From the IMG/VR virus record IMGVR_UViG_2526164634_000030, positions 1 to 24,429 of that record: DNA of 24,429 bases; one strand, written 5' to 3'. The first letter of the stretch is position 1; every line of letters starts with the position of its first letter. Below the pieces are notes generated by a model, which was given only the letters and a program-made list of their open reading frames with translations, was not told where the DNA came from and made no database searches. The stretch comes from a virus (Duplodnaviria; Heunggongvirae; Uroviricota; Caudoviricetes). Below, piece by piece: positions 17,244 to 24,429 of the stretch. The translations under genes were made by a program, and so were the position numbers.

Positions 17244-17519
17244 ATGATTACCAGTTATGAAGCCACTGTTGTAACTACTGATGACATTGTTCACGAGGTT
17301 AATCTGGAAGGAAAGCGTATTGGCTACGTGATTAAAACAGAAAATAAAGAAACCCCATTCACTGTGGTTGATATCGACGGTCCATCAGGCAACGTTAAAA
17401 CACTTAACGAAGGCGTCAAAAAAATGTGCCTGGTGCATATCGGAAAGAATCTGCCCGCAGAAAAAAAAGCCGGATTTCTGGCAACTCTGATTGCAATGAA
17501 ATTAAAAGGTGAAATCTGA
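17244..17519 (+). CDS. racC: RacC-like protein (91 aa from MITSYEATVVTTDDIV)
   Basis: AAGGAGAAAAAC-ATG SD; position between ydaE and recE as in Rac; sequence matches RacC as recalled. Confidence 0.65.
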   Translation: MITSYEATVVTTDDIVHEVNLEGKRIGYVIKTENKETPFTVVDIDGPSGNVKTLNEGVKKMCLVHIGKNLPAEKKAGFLATLIAMKLKGEI

Positions 17520-17619
17520 AAGAAATAGCCTGCGTATGGCGCAGGCTATGAACAGTGTGTATCCGGCAAGATTATTCACTGAACAAACGAATTTTAATCT
17601 GAGTTGAGGTTAAAAAACA

Positions 17620-20600
17620 ATGAGCACCGATAAACAAGTTTACCCACTGTATTACGAAGCAAAAAATGACAAAGTAAGAAAACGTCTCGGTATTAAAGGC
17701 GGTTTTTACTGGGCTGAAGCGAAAAAATTATCCATTGCCATCTCCCGTGGTGCTGTTGCAATTGACGATGCTGGCTACGATGAAGATGACTTCAAAAAAC
17801 CTGTTCGCGTCAATTTGCCCATTGTTGATGACCTCCCGCCAGAAGGCGTATTTGATACGGAATTCTGCAACCGTTACGAAAAAGGCGGGGAAGATGGCAT
17901 CACAATGGTATTTATCGCGCCCTCCCCCTCTGCGCAGGGCAAACCAGCCAGCACTGACAACACCAATGTTAATGGCGAAGACATGACGGAGATTGAGGAG
18001 AATATGCTACTTCCGATTTCTGGCCAGGAGCTGCCCATTCGCTGGCTTGCTCAACACGGCAGCGAAAAACCAGTAACGCACGTTTCACGCGACGAACTCC
18101 AGGCATTACACATTGCACGGGCTGAAGAACTACCGGCTGTTACTGCCCTGGCTATTTCGCATAAAACCAGTCTGCTCGACTCGCTGGAGATTCGCGACCT
18201 CCACAAACTGGTTCGTGACACTGACAAAGTTTTCCCTAATCCTGGTAATTCAGACCTGGGACTAATAACTGCTTTTTTCGAAGCATACCTGGACGCTGAC
18301 TACACTGATCGGGGTCTGCTGACAAAAGAGTGGATGAAAGGAAATCGTGTTTCACGCATCACCCGCACGGCTTCCGGTGCTAATGCTGGCGGTGGGAACA
18401 AAACCGATCGCAATCCGAATTTAGTACACACCCTCGACACACTGGATGTGGAGATTGCAGCAGCCACACTTCCGATGGATTTTAATATTTATGAAATTCC
18501 GGGCAGCGTTTATCGTCGCGCAAAAGAAGTAGTCCTGAACAAAGAAAGTCCGTTCAAAGAATGGTCCGCAGCACTTCGTGCAACCCCGGGTATTCTGGAC
18601 TATTCCCGCGCCGCTATTTTTGCACTTATCCGAAGCGCACACCCTGAATTTTATCACTACCCGGGACGCCTTCAGGGGTATATCAACGCCTATTTGACGG
18701 AAACTGATCACGAGAACCCCAGCAAGGAAACTCTCACAGCTGCCCGGCATACGCCGGAAAAAGATATCCTGGAAGAAATTAACCGCGAGGTGGTTACTGA
18801 GCGTGAAACAGAAGAAGAAAAACCACAACCATCTGACGCAATGGCAGGTGAACAGGCAACAACTGAAACAATGGAACCGGATACAACTGAACATGGCCAG
18901 AACGCGCAGTCGCTGGATGCTCAGTCGCAGGTGAGTTCCGCTAACCAAGTAAAAGTCACCGCTGACGAAGTAAACAAAATTATGCAGGCAGCCAATATCA
19001 GCCAGCCTGACGCCGATAAGTTACTTGCTGTATCGCGTGGTGAATTTGTTGAGGGGATTAGCGACCCTAATGATCCGAAATGGGTCAAGGGGATCCAGAC
19101 TCGCGATTCTGTGAACCAGAACCAGCATGAATCGGAACGGAACGACCAAAAAGCGGAACAAAACAGCCCAAATGCGTTACAAAACGAGCCAGAAACGAAA
19201 CAATCCGAACCAGTAGCGCAACAGGAACCGGAAAAAGTCTTCACCGCCTGCGGTCAGAGCGGTGGCGGCAACTGCCCTGATTGTGGCGCGGTGATGGGCG
19301 ACGCAACATACCAGGAAACATTCGATGAAGAGAATCAGGTTGAAGTTCAGGAAAATGATCCGGAGGAAATGGAAGGTGCTGAACATCCGCACAAGGAGAA
19401 CGCTGGCAGCAATCCGCATTGCGATTGCAGTGATGAAGCTGGTGAAGCGACAGCACCTGTAGTAACTGAAATCATGTGGCCGTCATATTTCGAGCCTGGC
19501 CGCTATGAAAACCTCCCGAACGAGGTTTATCACTCCGCCAACGGAATAAGCAGCACAATGCTGAAGGATGCCCGCATCAGCCTGATGTATTACCACGGAC
19601 GGCACATTGCCGGAACTATTCTGGGCGAGGAAAGTGATGCATTGCTGCGTGGGCGGATTATTCACAGCTATGTTCTGGAAACGGATAAATTCGCTGATGA
19701 GTATGCCATTCCGGTACCGGTTCCTGAATATGTGGTTACTACTTCTAACGAACTGATCGCCATCATTAAAAAACACAATGCCAGTCTGCCAGCACTGATG
19801 ACACCAGAGCAGATGAAAGAGTGGATCGAAAGCTACAACAGCACTCTTATACAGCCACTGTCGGTAAGTGCCGGGGCCGAAGAAACAGGCATCCTTTACG
19901 GTTCGCTTCCGGAGGAATTCCGGCGTATTCCTGAGGGGGAAAAACACACAGCATCAGCAATGAAAGCCTGTATTAAAGAATACAACGCAAGCCTCCCTCC
20001 TCTGCTGAAAGCCAGTGGAACACGGGAGCAGCTCCTGGAGCAAATTGAAACTGTAGATCCAGAACTGGCAAAAAAAGAACGTGCTAAATCTTTGCCTTAC
20101 AACATCAGTGGCACAAAAGAGCAATTAACCGAAATCGCCCGGAAAATTCGCCCGGAACTGGTGACACTGGAGGACTGGCAAAAATGCCAGCAAGAAGAAA
20201 ACGCCGGGAAAACGTTTATCAGTCCGGATATGTATGAACAGGCAAAAAATATTCACGCAGCACTGCAAAACAATACTGATGCAGCAAGGCTACTCAACCA
20301 CCCGGATCGCAAATCTGAAATCAGCTATTTCGGGTTTGATGAAGAAACCGGGCTGGAAATCAGGGTCCGTCCTGATATCGAAATCCGGCTGCCATACGAA
20401 AGCATTTGCGCCGACGTGAAGTCAGTCAGCCTCGGTTATGTGCGACAGGAACGACTGAAAGATCGCCTGCACCGTGAAATTATTGAGCGTGATTATCACC
20501 TCAGCGCAGCAATGTATTGCGATGTGGCAAACCTGGACAAATTTTTCTGGATCTTCGTCAACAAAGATGCTGGCTATCACTGGGTGGCCGTCGTGGAAGC

Positions 20601-20763
20601 CTCGCAGGAACTCCTGGAACTTGGTCGACAGGAATATCGCCGGACGCTACGACAGATAAACGAAGCTCTGGAGACAAACAACTGGCCAGCACCGATTACC
20701 GAAAGTTATACCGACGAATTAAACGACTTTGATCTTCGTCGTCTTGAAGCACTGAGCATCTGA
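17620..20763 (+). CDS. recE: Exonuclease VIII (RecE)-like 5'-3' dsDNA exonuclease, 1047 aa
   Basis: Long blocks match Rac RecE as recalled (…NTNVNGEDMTEIEENMLLPISGQELPIRWLAQHGSEKPVTHVSRD…, …ASRGEFVEGISDPNDPKWVKGIQTRD…); acidic low-complexity middle; C-terminal nuclease domain; followed by an annealing-protein gene. Confidence 0.75.
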   Translation: MSTDKQVYPLYYEAKNDKVRKRLGIKGGFYWAEAKKLSIAISRGAVAIDDAGYDEDDFKKPVRVNLPIVDDLPPEGVFDTEFCNRYEKGGEDGITMVFIAPSPSAQGKPASTDNTNVNGEDMTEIEENMLLPISGQELPIRWLAQHGSEKPVTHVSRDELQALHIARAEELPAVTALAISHKTSLLDSLEIRDLHKLVRDTDKVFPNPGNSDLGLITAFFEAYLDADYTDRGLLTKEWMKGNRVSRITRTASGANAGGGNKTDRNPNLVHTLDTLDVEIAAATLPMDFNIYEIPGSVYRRAKEVVLNKESPFKEWSAALRATPGILDYSRAAIFALIRSAHPEFYHYPGRLQGYINAYLTETDHENPSKETLTAARHTPEKDILEEINREVVTERETEEEKPQPSDAMAGEQATTETMEPDTTEHGQNAQSLDAQSQVSSANQVKVTADEVNKIMQAANISQPDADKLLAVSRGEFVEGISDPNDPKWVKGIQTRDSVNQNQHESERNDQKAEQNSPNALQNEPETKQSEPVAQQEPEKVFTACGQSGGGNCPDCGAVMGDATYQETFDEENQVEVQENDPEEMEGAEHPHKENAGSNPHCDCSDEAGEATAPVVTEIMWPSYFEPGRYENLPNEVYHSANGISSTMLKDARISLMYYHGRHIAGTILGEESDALLRGRIIHSYVLETDKFADEYAIPVPVPEYVVTTSNELIAIIKKHNASLPALMTPEQMKEWIESYNSTLIQPLSVSAGAEETGILYGSLPEEFRRIPEGEKHTASAMKACIKEYNASLPPLLKASGTREQLLEQIETVDPELAKKERAKSLPYNISGTKEQLTEIARKIRPELVTLEDWQKCQQEENAGKTFISPDMYEQAKNIHAALQNNTDAARLLNHPDRKSEISYFGFDEETGLEIRVRPDIEIRLPYESICADVKSVSLGYVRQERLKDRLHREIIERDYHLSAAMYCDVANLDKFFWIFVNKDAGYHWVAVVEASQELLELGRQEYRRTLRQINEALETNNWPAPITESYTDELNDFDLRRLEALSI

Positions 20764-20774
20764 GGAAGGACACA

Positions 20775-21827
20775 ATGAACGAATTAACTCAACAAGAAAA
20801 TATTAACTCTAATGTTGCGGTTTTCAGCCCTCAGTCCCTGGCTGCAATTCAGACATTTTCCCAGGTAATGGCTTCCGGCATGGCTACTGTACCGGAACAC
20901 CTCCGGGGAAATCCATCAGACTGCATGGCCATCACCATGCAGGCGATGCAGTGGCAAATGAACCCTTACGCAGTAGCTCAGAAAACTTTCGTTGTGAATG
21001 GTGTGCTCGGATATGAAGCGCAACTGGTTAATGCCGTAATCAGTACTCGTGGGCCGCTAACCGGGCGTATTGAATATGACTGGTTCGGGCCGTGGGAAAA
21101 AATTATCGGGAAATTTGAAATTAGGAAGAACGACAAGGGGAAAGAATATCGTGTACCTGGCTGGAAGCTGGCCGATGAAAACGGGATCGGAGTTCGCGTC
21201 CAGGCAACACTACGCGGAGAGAGCAAGCCACGCGTACTGGAGTTACTTCTGGCGCAGGCCAGAACACGTAACTCAACGTTATGGGCCGATGATCCTCGCC
21301 AGCAGCTTGCCTATCTGGCACTGAAACGCTGGGCGCGCCTTTATTGCCCTGAAGTGATTCTTGGAGTGTACACCCGGGACGAACTGGACGAACCACAGGA
21401 AAAAATCATTAATCCGGTTCAGGAACATAAAAATACATCCGCCTGCCGTGCGGAACGTGAAACAACAATTATTGAGCAGGATGCCGGGGAAAACTGGATC
21501 AGTGCTTTCCGTGAACGTATTGAGCAGGCACAAAGCACCGGAGAAACAACATCACTTCGCCAGGAAGTGGAAGATCATAAAAATACTCTTGGCGCTCTCT
21601 ACACAGAACTTAAAGGAAAAGTGGTTCAGCGTCATCACCGTCTCAATGCTATTGCCCGTATTGAGACGATGATAAATGACCTGCCTTCATCAGGTGATCC
21701 AGAAGCAGAACAAAAATTTATTGCTCTGGAAAATACGCTGAATGCTGCACGACCACATCTGGGAGAATTATATGAGGCGTATAAAACGACACTGACAGAT
21801 ATGAAACCAGAATATATCGGCTCCTGA
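20775..21827 (+). CDS. Single-strand annealing protein (RecT/Redbeta-superfamily-like), 350 aa, partner of the RecE-like exonuclease
   Basis: Position immediately downstream of recE with an 11-nt gap; central segment (…GVLGYEAQLVNAVISTRGPLTGRIEYDWFG…) has a RecT-like pattern, but the protein does not match K-12 RecT as I recall it and is about 80 aa longer. Confidence 0.5.
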   Translation: MNELTQQENINSNVAVFSPQSLAAIQTFSQVMASGMATVPEHLRGNPSDCMAITMQAMQWQMNPYAVAQKTFVVNGVLGYEAQLVNAVISTRGPLTGRIEYDWFGPWEKIIGKFEIRKNDKGKEYRVPGWKLADENGIGVRVQATLRGESKPRVLELLLAQARTRNSTLWADDPRQQLAYLALKRWARLYCPEVILGVYTRDELDEPQEKIINPVQEHKNTSACRAERETTIIEQDAGENWISAFRERIEQAQSTGETTSLRQEVEDHKNTLGALYTELKGKVVQRHHRLNAIARIETMINDLPSSGDPEAEQKFIALENTLNAARPHLGELYEAYKTTLTDMKPEYIGS

Positions 21828-21890
21828 TATTTACTATGGCGGTGTAGCCTCACCGCCATAACAAAACTTTATTTTATGAGAGAAAAGACA

Positions 21891-22085
21891 ATGCGGTATG
21901 AAAAAGTCAAACCATGTCCGTTTTGTGGTTGTCCATCAGTAACGGTGAAAGCCATTTCAGGATATTACCGCGCAAAGTGTAACGGATGCGAATCCCGAAC
22001 CGGCTATAGTGGAAGTGAAAAAGAAGCACTCGAAAGATGGAATAAACGAACTACTGGAAATAATAATGGAGGTGTTCATGTATAA
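21891..22085 (+). CDS. ralR: RalR/Lar restriction-alleviation protein (64 aa from MRYEKVKPCPFCGCPSV)
   Basis: Near-identical to Rac Lar/RalR as recalled, including the CPFCGC…CNGC Cys cluster and the C-terminal WNKRTTGNNNGGVHV. Confidence 0.8.
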   Translation: MRYEKVKPCPFCGCPSVTVKAISGYYRAKCNGCESRTGYSGSEKEALERWNKRTTGNNNGGVHV

Positions 22086-22266
22086 AATTACTGCCACTAT
22101 TGAAAAGGAAGGTGGCACTCCTACTAACTGGACAAGATATTCAAAATCTAAATTAACGAAATCAGAATGCGAAAAAATGCTCTCAGGGAAAAAAGAAGCA
22201 GGCGTTTCCAGAGAGCAGAAAGTAAAGCTGATAAATTTTAATTGCGAGAAACTTCTGTCCTCGTGA
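22078..22266 (+). CDS. ydaC: YdaC-like small protein (62 aa from MYKITATIEKEGG)
   Basis: GGAGG SD 5 nt before the ATG, which overlaps the ralR stop; position matches Rac gene order. Start could alternatively be 22066. Confidence 0.5.
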   Translation: MYKITATIEKEGGTPTNWTRYSKSKLTKSECEKMLSGKKEAGVSREQKVKLINFNCEKLLSS

Positions 22267-22366
22267 GTTGCATTATATACAAATTAGAACTTCATAGCTG
22301 ATTATTAAAAATCAACCACATCCGCCAGTATTCTGTATATTTACTGGCGGTCATATCGTAAGAGGT

Positions 22367-22654
22367 ATGGCAATGAATCTTGTGACACTCAAAACGTGGG
22401 GAAAACTCAGATATCCGGATAACCCACCATCAATATCAACGCTGAGACGATGGGCAAGGAATGGAAACATTTATCCTGCACCTGAACTACACGGGAGGAG
22501 TTACAGGGTGGTTCCGGAGGCTTTCTATATCAACCCAAATAAGGTTGATACCGATATAACACACCATCAGCCTAATGGGCGACAAGGGAGAGACAGTCCG
22601 TTACTGGAGAAGTTAAAACATGCAGCGGAAAAAATACGATCCCAATTTGCCTAA
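22367..22654 (+). CDS. xis: Excisionase-like DNA-binding protein (95 aa)
   Basis: Immediately upstream of and overlapping the integrase gene by about 35 nt; small basic protein with Xis/AlpA-like features (…SISTLRRWARNGNIYPAPELHGRSYRV…). Confidence 0.6.
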   Translation: MAMNLVTLKTWGKLRYPDNPPSISTLRRWARNGNIYPAPELHGRSYRVVPEAFYINPNKVDTDITHHQPNGRQGRDSPLLEKLKHAAEKIRSQFA

Positions 22655-23696
22655 AAACTTAACATATCGAAGGAGGGACAAAGCATATTACTGGCGCAAC
22701 CCTCTGACGAAAGAAGAATTTACACTAGGTAAAATTTCAAGAAGAGATGCAGTAGCGCAGGCAATTGAAGCAAATCATTATATATACAAAAACTACTCTC
22801 CTGCTGCCTTAATTGAAAAGCTTAAAGGGTTCGACTCATTTACTATGGCAGACTGGATTGAACGTTACAAAACGATTCTTATAAGGAGAAAAGTGTCCAG
22901 AAATACTTATAAAATTCGGGTAAATCAACTGGAGACAATAAAAGAAAAATTGGGAGAGATTTTACTGACAGAAATAACCACTCGCCATATTGCCGAGTTT
23001 CTTGATTTGTGGATTGAAGGAGGGAAAAACACAATGGCAGGATCAATGCGTTCTGTGTTGTCTGATATGTTTCGTGAGGCCATTGTTGAAGGACGTATAT
23101 CTCAAAATCCAGTAACACCAACAAGAGCACCGAAAATAGTAGTTACAAGAGAACGACTGAAACTAAAGACATACAACTGCATCAGGGAGGCAGCAGATCA
23201 ACTTCCGGCATGGTTCCCATTAGCTATGGATTTAGCCCTTGTAACAGGACAACGTCGCGAAGACATAACGAATATGCGGTTTAGTGATATTTATGATGAT
23301 CGTCTCCACATCAGGCAAATTAAGACAGGAATGATGATTGCTATCCCCCTGTCACTCAGCCTTCCTGTCGCTGGTCTACGGCTTGGTACAGTAGTTGAAC
23401 AGTGCCGCCTGGTAAGCCGGGGAGATTATCTAATCAGTGCCGGGATTAGAAAAAACAGCCCTGACGGCAGCATTCACCCGGATGGCCTGACAAAAAAATT
23501 TGTCGCAGCCAGAAAATTAACAGGTATCCAGTTCAGTGAAAACCCACCAACTTTTCACGAGATCAGAAGTCTGGCTGGACGATTGTACAAAGAAACATGT
23601 GGAGAAGAATTTGCTCAGCGTCTACTTGGCCACACATCGGAGAAGACAACAAAAATGTACCTTGATGAGAGAGAAAAAACGTACGTACTGCTCTGA
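22620..23696 (+). CDS. int: Tyrosine integrase, lambda Int family (358 aa)
   Basis: Aligns by eye with lambda Int along its length: N-terminal arm-binding region (…NLxYRRxxxYYWRxPxTxxEFxLG…), …LAMxLAxVTGQRxxD…, and C-terminal …FHExRSLxxRLYxxxxxxxFAQxLLGHxSxxxxxxY… with the catalytic Tyr. Confidence 0.9.
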   Translation: MQRKKYDPNLPKNLTYRRRDKAYYWRNPLTKEEFTLGKISRRDAVAQAIEANHYIYKNYSPAALIEKLKGFDSFTMADWIERYKTILIRRKVSRNTYKIRVNQLETIKEKLGEILLTEITTRHIAEFLDLWIEGGKNTMAGSMRSVLSDMFREAIVEGRISQNPVTPTRAPKIVVTRERLKLKTYNCIREAADQLPAWFPLAMDLALVTGQRREDITNMRFSDIYDDRLHIRQIKTGMMIAIPLSLSLPVAGLRLGTVVEQCRLVSRGDYLISAGIRKNSPDGSIHPDGLTKKFVAARKLTGIQFSENPPTFHEIRSLAGRLYKETCGEEFAQRLLGHTSEKTTKMYLDEREKTYVLL

Positions 23697-23743
23697 TTTT
23701 AACGTAAATGGATTGTTAAATGTATTTTGGTTGTGATATAACC

Positions 23744-23760
23744 AAAAAAGACCGGAATAC
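23744..23760. repeat. Second copy of the sdsR 3'-terminal sequence (AAAAAAGACCGGAATAC); candidate att core or integration scar
   Basis: Near-identical (one extra C) to 23828-23843, which is the 3' end/terminator of sdsR; lies about 48 bp beyond the int stop codon. Confidence 0.5.
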
Positions 23761-23827
23761 AGAAATTCGAGTAAATTTCGGGGAATTTCGGGGAGACGTT
23801 TACAACTGATTGATTTTAAATACAATT

Positions 23828-23929
23828 AAAAAAGACCGAATACGATTCCTGTATTCGGTCCAGGGAAATGGCTCTTGGGAGAGAGCCGTGCGCTAAAAGT
23901 TGGCATTAATGCAGGCTTAGTTGCCTTGC
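23828..23929 (-). ncRNA. sdsR: SdsR (RyeB) small regulatory RNA
   Basis: The reverse complement reads GCAAGGCAACTAAGCCTGCATTAATGCCAACTTTTAGCGCACGGCTCTCTCCCAAGAGCCATTTCCCTGGACCGAATACAGGAATCGTATTCGGTCTTTTTT, matching the SdsR sequence as I recall it, including the terminal hairpin and U-tract. Confidence 0.7.
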
Positions 23930-24058
23930 CCTTTAAGAATAGATGACGACGCCAGGTTTTCCAGTTTGCGTGCAAAATGGTCAATAAAAAGCGTGGTGGT
24001 CATCAGCTGAAATGTTAAAAACCGCCCGTTCTGGTGAAAGAACTGAGGCGGTTTTTTT
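23831..24058 (+). ncRNA. ryeA: RyeA (SraC)-like antisense sRNA overlapping sdsR (boundaries approximate)
   Basis: Inferred: a promoter-like TTTACA-N16-TACAAT at about 23797-23824 on the plus strand, full antisense overlap of sdsR, and a bidirectional terminator at 24016-24058. Ends not verifiable without transcript data. Confidence 0.4.
24016..24058. terminator. Bidirectional rho-independent terminator between ryeA and yebY
   Basis: AAAAACCGCC…GGCGGTTTTTTT inverted repeat with an internal GTTCT…AGAAC sub-stem; A/T-runs on both sides. Confidence 0.45.
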
Positions 24059-24087
24059 ATTGGAAATCAAAAGGCTATTTTAGGTAA

Positions 24088-24429
24088 TTAACAGAGTTTT
24101 TCAGCTCGTTCTATAAACGGTGCCAGACTCATTTTTTCGCCGGGATTGTTAGGATCATCAATCTGAATCACCGAAATGGGTTGGGCTTTAGTCTTCCCAC
24201 TGGCAACTTCCTTTTGTGCGATATCGTTTAAAGGATACTGCACGAGGGTACTTGGGTTGATGACATACAAAGCATTACCCGGTCGGCAAGTCAGCATCAC
24301 CTCTTCGCGATTAAACGCCCATTTGTCTTTACCCACTTCAAAACGGCTGACGGTAATCACCTGCGGTGCAGCCAGCGCCGCTGCAGAACTGGTGAGTAAC
24401 AGAAACGCCAGAATACTTTTTTTCATCAT
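24088..24429 (-). CDS. yebY: YebY-like periplasmic protein with signal peptide (113 aa); host gene flanking the prophage
   Basis: Signal peptide [22 protein letters not shown]; sequence and the sdsR-adjacent context match E. coli yebY as recalled. The ATG is at the window end. Confidence 0.7.
   Translation of the reverse strand: MMKKSILAFLLLTSSAAALAAPQVITVSRFEVGKDKWAFNREEVMLTCRPGNALYVINPSTLVQYPLNDIAQKEVASGKTKAQPISVIQIDDPNNPGEKMSLAPFIERAEKLC

Noticed and set aside
18421-19947. Several minus-strand ORFs (175, 107, 80, 71 and 154 aa) inside recE
   Set aside because: All are antisense to the long, well-supported recE frame; Cys/Phe-rich junk composition and no SD.
23774-23793. Possible CRISPR-like or iteron repeat
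   Set aside because: Only two tandem copies of a 10-mer with no spacers; not a CRISPR array.
23697-24087. tRNA gene as integration target
   Set aside because: No cloverleaf-compatible tRNA sequence seen next to the integrase; the adjacent host feature is the sdsR/ryeA sRNA locus instead.

Overview
This window is the integrase-proximal ~24 kb of a mosaic, probably defective lambdoid prophage from an Escherichia/Shigella-type genome, ending in host DNA (sdsR/ryeA sRNA locus and yebY). All calls come from reading the sequence and the supplied ORF track, plus family resemblances recalled from memory; no searches were run. Minus strand, 1-13.9 kb: a late region running Q-like antiterminator, tR'-like terminator, an AT-rich membrane-protein moron, holin, lambda R-type endolysin, Rz/Rz1, small and large terminase, portal, a split MuF-like head gene, scaffold-like and capsid genes, and head-completion ORFs. 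Middle, 13.9-16.8 kb: where cI/cro/N/O/P would be expected there is instead a hok-type type I toxin locus, an AT-rich 209-codon orphan ORF and a complete IS1. Plus strand, 16.8-23.7 kb: a Rac-like early-left operon kilR-ydaE-racC-recE-annealing protein-ralR-ydaC-xis-int. The prophage abuts the sdsR/ryeA sRNA locus, with a second copy of the sdsR 3' end as a candidate att core. The best candidates for an undescribed function are the orphan ORF at 14896-15525 and the membrane moron at 11402-11971; I cannot assign either to a known family.
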